From Candidatus Saccharimonadota bacterium (GTDB taxonomy: Bacteria > Patescibacteriota > Gracilibacteria > UBA4473), in NCBI GenBank assembly GCA_965228485.1, contig OZ245819.1:810001-842000 (forward strand): 32,000 nucleotides of DNA, given 5' to 3'. Shown piece after piece: positions 9,369 through 16,027 of this stretch. Position 1 is the first letter of the stretch. Every line of letters begins with the position of its first letter. Position numbers and translations under genes: made by a program. The notes under the pieces are model-generated. The model was given only the letters and a program-made list of their open reading frames with translations, did not search any database and was not told where the DNA came from.

Positions 9369-10123
9369 CCTTAAATACTTCAAATTTTGCTCTTATTACT
9401 GGCGCTTCTAGTGGCATTGGAAAAGCCGCTGCCAAACAGTATGCCGCTCTTGGAAAAAATCTCATTCTTGTAGCGAGAAGACAAGAGAGGCTTAAGACAC
9501 TCAAAAAAGAATTAGAAGGCAAAAACATCGAAGTAAAAATCTTTTCTGTAGATGTACAAAATTTAAACGCTATTGAGAAATTTTATGAAGATATTTCTGA
9601 TCTAGAAATTGATATTCTTGTAAACAATGCCGGACTTTCACGAGGGAAAGAGCCTTTTGACGAGTATGATTTTAATGACTGGGAAGAAATGATTGATACA
9701 AATATCAAAGGCTTTTTAAAAGTTGCACAACTGGCTATTCCTTTCCTTAAAAAAACCCGTGGACATATTGTAAACCTAAGCTCAACAGCCGGGCTAGAGG
9801 CCTATGAAGGTGGGAATGTCTATGGAGGAACCAAAAGCTTTGTTCAGATGATTTCAAAATCACTCAGAATCGATCTGCTTGGCACTGGAATACGAGTAAC
9901 AGACATTGCCCCAGGGGCCGTAAATACTGAATTTTCAACTATTCGCTTCCATGGAGATAAGCAAAAAGCTGATCAAGTTTATGAAGGTTTTCGGGAACTT
10001 ACCGCTGATGACATCGCAGATAATATAATCTATGCCACGACTCGTCCTCCGCACGTAAACATTGAACAAATCGTGGTTTACTCAACCGATCAAGCCAGCC
10101 CAAGAATTTTTAATAAGAGCTAA
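9365..10123 (+). CDS. short-chain dehydrogenase/reductase, YdfG-like (NADP-dependent 3-hydroxy acid / serine dehydrogenase family)
   Basis: TGASSGIGKA Rossmann motif, NNAG, catalytic S...YGGTKSF (YxxxK). Near-colinear with E. coli YdfG as recalled (RRQERL..L..EL, ILVNNAGL, DTN.KG, VTDI.PG...TEFS..RF.GD). ATGA overlap with the HAD gene stop. Confidence 0.85.
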   Translation: MTLNTSNFALITGASSGIGKAAAKQYAALGKNLILVARRQERLKTLKKELEGKNIEVKIFSVDVQNLNAIEKFYEDISDLEIDILVNNAGLSRGKEPFDEYDFNDWEEMIDTNIKGFLKVAQLAIPFLKKTRGHIVNLSSTAGLEAYEGGNVYGGTKSFVQMISKSLRIDLLGTGIRVTDIAPGAVNTEFSTIRFHGDKQKADQVYEGFRELTADDIADNIIYATTRPPHVNIEQIVVYSTDQASPRIFNKS

Positions 10124-10134
10124 AACAACAGCTT

Positions 10135-10163
10135 TTGACAAACACCAAAATAAGTATTATTAA
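10135..10163 (+). promoter_or_regulatory. sigma70-like promoter placed for a leaderless transcript of the 10170 ORF
   Basis: TTGACA (10135-10140), 17-nt spacer, TATTAA (10158-10163), then 6 nt to GTG 10170. Confidence 0.5.
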
Positions 10164-10169
10164 TGCTTT

Positions 10170-10679
10170 GTGGACAAACCAGAAAAATCGGACTTAGAGA
10201 AAAAATCAGCAGAAAAACTTGTAGAAAGTATTCTTGAACAAAAAGAGCAAGACTTGGCTTTATCAACAAGCCTCGCCATATCAGCAGCCATTGCGCTTGT
10301 GTCTGAAGAATTCATTGAGATTTTACAATCCAGACTCCAGAACATGAGCTTTCGAGTTACAAAAGAACAAAGACACACTGACCTTGAAAGCTACACGCTA
10401 ACATCGGAGCTCGGAGAAGTTGTAATAGAGATTGATATAGGCAACGGGGGAATACTCGATCCAACAGTTTATCTGGGAGGGAATAAAAAACATCCAAATC
10501 TTTCACTTATTTCTGGATCAATAAATAATAACGATAGAATCACACTGGACTTAGATAATAACGAAGAAGAGGAACAAACTGAAAGGTTCAAACAAATAAT
10601 ATTAGATTGGATTCAACAAAAAATAGAAGCCATTGGCACTTCTAAAATCGGAACCGCAACAACTCTCTCTTTGGATTAG
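10170..10679 (+). CDS. acidic hypothetical protein
   Basis: 169-aa ORF with a GTG start directly behind a consensus-like promoter. No family recognised. Its stop overlaps the convergent VanW gene stop by 4 nt. Confidence 0.5.
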   Translation: MDKPEKSDLEKKSAEKLVESILEQKEQDLALSTSLAISAAIALVSEEFIEILQSRLQNMSFRVTKEQRHTDLESYTLTSELGEVVIEIDIGNGGILDPTVYLGGNKKHPNLSLISGSINNNDRITLDLDNNEEEEQTERFKQIILDWIQQKIEAIGTSKIGTATTLSLD

Positions 10680-11596
10680 TAAACGGCTTTGTAGCTCGAA
10701 TAAATATCATCAACCAGGACTTCTTCCTCTTTCTTTACTATACGCTGCCAGCCCGTTACCAGATCTCCAGAGTACCGACTCCTTATATTGGTTCTTTTTA
10801 TAGACACCTCTCTCCCATCCTGAGTTCCGTACAAAGCCACTACAAGCTTATTTCCATCTATATAAGGTTTTACCAGCAAATCAGTGGTCATGTCATTGGT
10901 AAAAACGAGATCTTGAGCTCCCAAGTAAATAGTAGCATCAAGTCCATAAGGCAAATACTTATCATAAGCATAAGTATGAGCTCTCCTCTCATTAATGGGC
11001 AATCCGGCGTTAAGCGCCGCTCTATACACAGTCGTCGACAATTGGCAAACACCACCCCCTAAAGCATAGGTCCCTTCTCCGTTTAGCACGACTTTCTCTT
11101 TTACAAAACCGTCTTCGGGATTAACCGATTCCAGAATTTGATTAAAAGAAAATTTTTCTCCGGCAGGAATCACAATTCCATCGAACTTTTTCATCGCGGC
11201 TTTAATATTTTGTACTCGAGACCAACTAGAGCCAGAAAAGTCCGACACCCCCAAACTAACTACTTCTTTTATTCCGTAATGATTCAGTACTGGATCATTA
11301 ATCTTTTGATATAGCTGATCTTGTTGTGTTGGATCAAAGTGTCCGCCTAAAATGAGGTTTTCGTTAACATGAACTGCTCCCAAAACATTCGCATTGGGAA
11401 GAATGGTATTATCTTGATCTAATTCTGGTCTAATATCGACAATCGTTGGCTTTAGACGATGATCATAATCCACTAATAACTCATCACTATCCTGAGGTGA
11501 ATTATAGAGCGTAGTTTTTATAATTATAGGCTCAGTCTGTCCAACCGCTTGAACAGGCTCCCACCACTGCCATAAAAAAAACACAACTGTCCACAT
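10676..11596 (-). CDS. VanW-domain protein (paralog 1), secreted/membrane-anchored
   Basis: VanW core GGGVCQLSTTVYRAALNAGLPINERRAHTYAYDKYLPYGLDATIY. Hydrophobic N-terminus. Confidence 0.85.
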   Translation of the reverse strand: MWTVVFFLWQWWEPVQAVGQTEPIIIKTTLYNSPQDSDELLVDYDHRLKPTIVDIRPELDQDNTILPNANVLGAVHVNENLILGGHFDPTQQDQLYQKINDPVLNHYGIKEVVSLGVSDFSGSSWSRVQNIKAAMKKFDGIVIPAGEKFSFNQILESVNPEDGFVKEKVVLNGEGTYALGGGVCQLSTTVYRAALNAGLPINERRAHTYAYDKYLPYGLDATIYLGAQDLVFTNDMTTDLLVKPYIDGNKLVVALYGTQDGREVSIKRTNIRSRYSGDLVTGWQRIVKKEEEVLVDDIYSSYKAVY

Positions 11597-11650
11597 AGTT
11601 CTGTTCTAAAAATATTGCTTATTAAAGTCAATTTTGATTATTATTTTTAT

Positions 11651-11690
11651 TTGACGAACCTAAAACATTTTGTACTGTTGCACCAGTACA
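11651..11690 (+). promoter_or_regulatory. putative trpB promoter with overlapping 7-bp-arm palindrome (TrpR-operator-like)
   Basis: TTGACG (11651-11656), 16-nt spacer, TACTGT (11673-11678). Palindrome TGTACTG-TTGCAC-CAGTACA (11671-11690) covers the -10 box and the expected transcription start. trpB ATG is at 11703. Confidence 0.45.
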
Positions 11691-11702
11691 AGAACACGAA
11701 AA

Positions 11703-12875
11703 ATGATAGAAAATCAACAAGGACATTTTGGGAAATTTGGAGGCTGCTTTGCCCCAGAACTTCTTCAACCAGTACTAAAGAAGGTAGAAGAAAGCTTCGA
11801 ACATTTCAAAGAATCGTCTTCACTTCAAACAGAATTTGATTACCTATTAAAAACATTCGCAGGTCGTCCAACACCACTCTACCAAGCTCAGAACTTTGCC
11901 CCAAAAGGAGGAGCTCAGATATGGGTTAAAAGAGAAGACCTTCTTCATGGAGGAGCCCATAAAACAAACAATGTCATTGGGCAAGCGCTGCTTGCCCGTG
12001 AAATGGGAGCCAAATATCTCATTGCTGAAACTGGTGCTGGACAACATGGAATTGCTACTGCAATGGCAGGGGCTCATTTCAATCTTCCCGTAAAAGTTTT
12101 TATGGGAGCAAAAGATGTAGCTCGACAAAAAGTAAATGTTGAGCGTATGGAACTCCTTGGAGCGGAAGTGATTGCTATTGAAACAGGCTCTGCCTCACTT
12201 AAAGATGCTATAAACGAAGCCATGCGCTATTGGATTAGCAATGCTGATGGAACCTACTATATGTTTGGAACAGCCGCGGGTCCACACCCATTTCCTGAGC
12301 TCGTGGCGCGATTTCAACGAGTCATTGGAGATGAAGCCCGATCACAAATACTTAAACAAACTGGGACTCTTCCGAATGAGGTTCTGGCCTGTGTAGGAGG
12401 AGGGTCAAACGCTATTGGCATTTTTCAAGCTTTTTTAGAAGACGAGGTAAAACTAGTAGGCGTCGAACCTGCTGGAAACGGAGAAAAACATGGGCTCACT
12501 ATTGGAAGAGGAAAATTTGGATGCCTTCACGGAAGTCTCAGTAAAGTTAACTGCGATGAAAATGGACAGATTGAAGAAAGTCACTCAATCTCTGCTGGGC
12601 TGGATTATCCAGGAGTTTCTCCAATTCATGCCTATCTTGATGACATTCAAAGAGCCGAATATCAAGGTATTCATGATGATGAAGCGATTGAAGCACTGCT
12701 AAAATTCTCAAAATCAGAAGGAATTATTCCTGCTCTAGAATCTTCTCACGCACTAGCAGAAGCCTATAAGCGAGCAAAAAAAATGACCACTGATTATATT
12801 ATTCTGGTAAATCTTTCTGGTAGAGGAGACAAAGACTTACATACTGTATTTGATTATATGAATCTTCATGGATAA
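11703..12875 (+). CDS. trpB: tryptophan synthase beta chain
   Basis: GHFGKFGGCFAPELL, REDLLHGGAHKTNN, ETGAGQHG, GGGSNA(IG)F, SISAGLDYPGV. Start taken at ATG 11703. The track TTG 11670 lies inside the promoter palindrome. Confidence 0.95.
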   Translation: MIENQQGHFGKFGGCFAPELLQPVLKKVEESFEHFKESSSLQTEFDYLLKTFAGRPTPLYQAQNFAPKGGAQIWVKREDLLHGGAHKTNNVIGQALLAREMGAKYLIAETGAGQHGIATAMAGAHFNLPVKVFMGAKDVARQKVNVERMELLGAEVIAIETGSASLKDAINEAMRYWISNADGTYYMFGTAAGPHPFPELVARFQRVIGDEARSQILKQTGTLPNEVLACVGGGSNAIGIFQAFLEDEVKLVGVEPAGNGEKHGLTIGRGKFGCLHGSLSKVNCDENGQIEESHSISAGLDYPGVSPIHAYLDDIQRAEYQGIHDDEAIEALLKFSKSEGIIPALESSHALAEAYKRAKKMTTDYIILVNLSGRGDKDLHTVFDYMNLHG

Positions 12876-13341
12876 TTCTGCTTTTATTGCTGTAGCTGCA
12901 CCACTTATTTTCTGCCTTGCTTTCATAGGAATATGGGTAGGAATTTTAACCTTTGTTGGTCGTTTTAGTGGCTGGAACAAAATTTTTCAAGCTATGCCTC
13001 CAGCACCGCCAACAGCTCTTACAGATGGTGATCAAAAAACCTTTCGATCTGTTTCTGCGTCTATTGGGATGAGTAATTACAAGGGCTGCTTAACTGCAAA
13101 CACTAGTAGGCATGGTTTAACTTTAACTCTCTGGAAGATTTTTTCTTTTGGTCACCAGCAACCACTTTTTATTCCTTGGAATGAAATAAACACTTTAGAA
13201 CCACAAAAACTCTTGGGATTCGAGGTTGGGACCACCGTTAAGTTAAGAAATCCAAACCTTCCAAACCTAACATTCCAGAAAGCCATCTTTCAAAACAACC
13301 CCTATGTTCCAATGGAACTTCAGCAAAATCCGTCACTATAA
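12868..13341 (+). CDS. hypothetical membrane protein inserted between trpB and trpA
   Basis: 157-aa ORF. Its ATG overlaps the trpB stop (ATGGATAA, 8-nt overlap) and it ends 9 nt before trpA. N-terminal TM helix (FIAVAAPLIFCLAFIGIWVGILTFV). No family recognised. Confidence 0.6.
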   Translation: MDNSAFIAVAAPLIFCLAFIGIWVGILTFVGRFSGWNKIFQAMPPAPPTALTDGDQKTFRSVSASIGMSNYKGCLTANTSRHGLTLTLWKIFSFGHQQPLFIPWNEINTLEPQKLLGFEVGTTVKLRNPNLPNLTFQKAIFQNNPYVPMELQQNPSL

Positions 13342-13350
13342 AAAATAATT

Positions 13351-14133
13351 ATGAACCGCTACAACAATACTTTTCAAACACTAAAAACCGAAGATCGCAT
13401 TGCCTTTATTCCCTTCTGGATGATAGGAGATCCAACCCTTAACGATTCTCTGAATATTATTAAATCTCTCGGTGAATCAGCAGACATTTTAGAGCTTGGT
13501 ATGCCTTTCTCAGATCCACTTGCCGATGGACCGACTATTCAGGCGGCTGTAAATAGAAGCTTAGATTCTGGAACCAATACTCAAAAATGTTTTGAAATCA
13601 TAAAATCTGTTCGAGAAGAATTCCCCGATAAACCTATTGGATTACTGGTATATTTAAACCTTATTTTACAGTTTGGGATAGATAAATTTTTCTTATCCTG
13701 CCAAAACACAGGGGTTGACTCAGTCCTTATTCCAGAACTTCCTGTAGAAGAAATTGATCTCGTAAAAATCTCAGCAAAAAAGCATGAGATTGATCTCGTA
13801 TTTCTCCTCTCAACCAACACCCCACAAGAAAGACGTGAGAAAATATTCCAACACTCTGGAGGTTTTATTTATACCGTATCAAAACCCTCGATCACGGGCG
13901 CAAAATCTGAACTATCATCTGAAACTCTCGAGCTAGTTTCAAGCATAAAATCTACTACCAGTATCCCTTGTTGTGTCGGCTTTGGAATTTCAAGTTTTGA
14001 ACATATTAAAAAGCTAAAAAATGCTGGCGCCGATGGTGCCATTATTGGTTCTGAGCTTATAAACATTTATCAAGAAAAGGGGGCTGAAGCCCTGGATAAT
14101 TTTTGTAAAGAGTGCCAAGAGTCTACTACATAG
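13351..14133 (+). CDS. trpA: tryptophan synthase alpha chain
   Basis: ILELGMPFSDPLADGPTIQAA, LVYLN, IPELP.EE, GFIY.VS..GITG, GFGIS. Confidence 0.92.
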   Translation: MNRYNNTFQTLKTEDRIAFIPFWMIGDPTLNDSLNIIKSLGESADILELGMPFSDPLADGPTIQAAVNRSLDSGTNTQKCFEIIKSVREEFPDKPIGLLVYLNLILQFGIDKFFLSCQNTGVDSVLIPELPVEEIDLVKISAKKHEIDLVFLLSTNTPQERREKIFQHSGGFIYTVSKPSITGAKSELSSETLELVSSIKSTTSIPCCVGFGISSFEHIKKLKNAGADGAIIGSELINIYQEKGAEALDNFCKECQESTT

Positions 14134-14136
14134 ATT

Positions 14137-15114
14137 TTATTCTGATGCCACGGTAACGGGGCCACCACTTTGATAGTGAGAAATAAATACTTCTTCCTGC
14201 GATGCTGCTCCTTGTGATACACGTCTGGTCCAATGTGTCGTTAAACGTCCATCATAACCTGCCCAATGTTTTGTTTTTTCTAGTTTTACCTGGCGACCAT
14301 CTTTTGTCCCATAAAAGACTGTAAATAATTTGTTATCCCTCAACACAAACTTCATCAGAATATCCCCCGGAGTGTCATTTTTAAATTTCAAATCCTGTTT
14401 ACCAATATAGACCGTAGCATCCAATCCATGTGGAGCATATTTTGTAATAGCTTGAGAGTGATTTCGACGTTCTAATATAGGCATTCCAGCATTTAGTGCT
14501 GCCCGAAACACATTGGTAGAAGCCTGACAAATCCCTCCTCCAAGACCCCATTGATCTTTCCCATTTACAATAACTCTTTCATATTTGAATCCTCCCTCTT
14601 TGGTCACATCATCTAAGATAGCATTAAAAGAAAATTCTCTCCCTTGAGGGATAATATAGCCATCAAATTTTTCTAGTGTGGCCTCAATATTTTTGATTCT
14701 ATTCGGACTCGATCCTGCAAAATCACTGACTCCAACACTGATGACTTCTTTAATTCCACGGCTCACCAAAAAAGGTTCTGTTAGCTCCTGATCAAGAACA
14801 AAATTTCTTTGTGGATCAAAAGCCCATCTATCTACTAAATTATCATAATCAACAGCCCGATTTAATAATGCTGCCGAAACATCGATTCCTCGGTAACGCT
14901 CAAATAGCCCCTCCTGAATAACTGGTGAATTTGAAGATTGTTTGGCATCAAGACGATTTCGCTCTTGTAGTTGTGCTCTAATATGAGAAGAAATGTCCAC
15001 TACAGATTCTTTAACTACTAAATCTTCTGAAGACTGAACATCCACCACTTCTGCAGGCACAGAAAATGTTAGATTTACCCCAATAGCAGAAGCCAAAAGA
15101 AATCCTGAAGACAT
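14137..15114 (-). CDS. VanW-domain protein (paralog 2), secreted/membrane-anchored
   Basis: VanW core GGGICQASTNVFRAALNAGMPILERRNHSQAITKYAPHGLDATVY. The C-terminal two thirds look roughly half identical to the 10676-11596 product by eye. Confidence 0.85.
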   Translation of the reverse strand: MSSGFLLASAIGVNLTFSVPAEVVDVQSSEDLVVKESVVDISSHIRAQLQERNRLDAKQSSNSPVIQEGLFERYRGIDVSAALLNRAVDYDNLVDRWAFDPQRNFVLDQELTEPFLVSRGIKEVISVGVSDFAGSSPNRIKNIEATLEKFDGYIIPQGREFSFNAILDDVTKEGGFKYERVIVNGKDQWGLGGGICQASTNVFRAALNAGMPILERRNHSQAITKYAPHGLDATVYIGKQDLKFKNDTPGDILMKFVLRDNKLFTVFYGTKDGRQVKLEKTKHWAGYDGRLTTHWTRRVSQGAASQEEVFISHYQSGGPVTVASE

Positions 15115-15120
15115 CCCATT

Positions 15121-15149
15121 ATTATAACAAAAAAAAGCCTTTCAGTAAA
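15121..15149 (-). promoter_or_regulatory. promoter for leaderless VanW paralog 2 mRNA
   Basis: Minus strand: TTTACT (15149-15144), 17-nt spacer, TATAAT (15126-15121), then 6 nt (AATGGG) to ATG 15114. Confidence 0.5.
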
Positions 15150-15175
15150 GGGCAAAATTGATATGATAAAAGTGA

Positions 15176-15850
15176 ATGATTGCTTGTTTTTTTGATTTCG
15201 ATTCAACCGTTGTAACAAAAGAATCTCTGGATGAAGTAATCAATGTTGCGCTTGCAAACCATCCCGAACAATCTCATTTTTCAGCCGAGGTTGAAAGGCT
15301 GACAAACCTAGGAATGGAAGGGAAAATACCTTTTACGCAATCGGTTGATGAGCGGCTTAAATTTTGTCCAGTAGAACAACATCATTTTGAGTATATCGGA
15401 ACACATTTCCTCTCACATATCACTCCTGGATTCGAAACAATGATCAAAACTCTACAACAGAAAGACTGCGAAGTTTTTATTGTTAGTGGAGGATTTCTCC
15501 CAAGTATATATCCTGTAGCAGAAAAATTAAATATTCCACGTCATCAAGTTTATGCCAACGAACCACTCTTTGGCAATGATGGGAACTGTCTTGGAGCCAA
15601 TAAGGACAATCTTCTTTGGACAAACGAGGGAAAAAGCCCCGTAATAGAATATCTAAAAGAGAAGCATCAAATCAAAACTAGTATTTTAGTGGGAGACGGA
15701 AACAATGATTTTCGTGCTTTTGAAAGAGGTTCTGTAGATCATTTTATTGGATTTGGTGGGAATGTCGTAAGAGAAAGCGTCAAAGCTAATGCCCCTATTT
15801 TTACTCACTCAACAGAAGAACTTGAAGCGCAATTAAACCAGATTATTTAA
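15176..15850 (+). CDS. serB: phosphoserine phosphatase (HAD family, SerB-like)
   Basis: DFDST nucleophile motif (FFDFDSTVV), SGGF, GDGNND. Located directly upstream of serA-serC. Confidence 0.75.
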   Translation: MIACFFDFDSTVVTKESLDEVINVALANHPEQSHFSAEVERLTNLGMEGKIPFTQSVDERLKFCPVEQHHFEYIGTHFLSHITPGFETMIKTLQQKDCEVFIVSGGFLPSIYPVAEKLNIPRHQVYANEPLFGNDGNCLGANKDNLLWTNEGKSPVIEYLKEKHQIKTSILVGDGNNDFRAFERGSVDHFIGFGGNVVRESVKANAPIFTHSTEELEAQLNQII

Positions 15851-15872
15851 CATAAAAAAAGCCGTTGATCCC

Positions 15873-15901
15873 TTGAATTTACTTGGACAAGGGAATATGA
15901 T
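15873..15901 (+). promoter_or_regulatory. putative promoter of the serA-serC leader
   Basis: TTGAAT (15873-15878), 17-nt spacer, TATGAT (15896-15901). The uORF ATG follows 10 nt later. Confidence 0.5.
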
Positions 15902-15911
15902 ATCGGTGTAA

Positions 15912-15953
15912 ATGATACACCGCCCAAGAGGAAAAGGTCGGAAGGAAATCTAA
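15912..15953 (+). CDS. 13-codon upstream ORF in the serA leader (MIHRPRGKGRKEI)
   Basis: ATG ATA CAC CGC CCA AGA GGA AAA GGT CGG AAG GAA ATC TAA. It has a same-length homolog in the glyA leader (MALRPSGKGRKEV). Within the conserved codons the two differ only at synonymous third positions. Confidence 0.55.
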   Translation: MIHRPRGKGRKEI

Positions 15954-15977
15954 GAAAAAACCGTCAAAAGAACTTTT

Positions 15978-16006
15978 ACGGATCGCTGCTCATGCGCCGT
16001 TTTTTT
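15978..16006 (+). terminator. intrinsic terminator of the serA leader, competing with an upstream antiterminator hairpin
   Basis: Terminator: ACGG-at-CGC-tgctcat-GCG-CCGT followed by T6. The ACGG can alternatively pair in CCGTCAAAAG/CTTTTACGG (15961-15981). The terminator ends 21 nt before the serA ATG. Confidence 0.5.
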
Positions 16007-16027
16007 GTTATTAATTTTCTTAAAAAT

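Noticed and set aside
11615-11839. 74-aa ORF spanning the trpB promoter and 5' end.
   Set aside because: It runs through the TTGACG/TACTGT promoter and overlaps trpB out of frame. Its composition is typical of random AT-rich sequence.
15129-15153. Hairpin GCCCTTT-ACTGA-AAGGGC followed by T8 on the minus strand, looking like an intrinsic terminator just upstream of VanW paralog 2.
   Set aside because: No minus-strand gene ends here. The hairpin and T-run lie within the -35 box and spacer of a very good TTTACT-17-TATAAT promoter, so the promoter reading is preferred.
15871-15893. Perfect hairpin CCCTTG-N11-CAAGGG between serB and serA.
   Set aside because: It overlaps the -35 box (TTG of TTGAAT) and fills most of the 17-nt spacer of the TTGAAT/TATGAT promoter, so it would not be in the leader transcript. 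It could still contribute to serB termination, but it has no U-tract.
15936-15950. GGUCGGAAGGAAAUC in the serA leader resembles the GGAA-tetraloop region of SRP (4.5S) RNA (GGUCCGGAAGGAAGC).
   Set aside because: The flanking bases cannot form the SRP helix 8 (GUC does not pair with GGA as UCC/GGA does). There is no closing long helix. The stretch is better explained as codons 9-13 of the conserved uORF.
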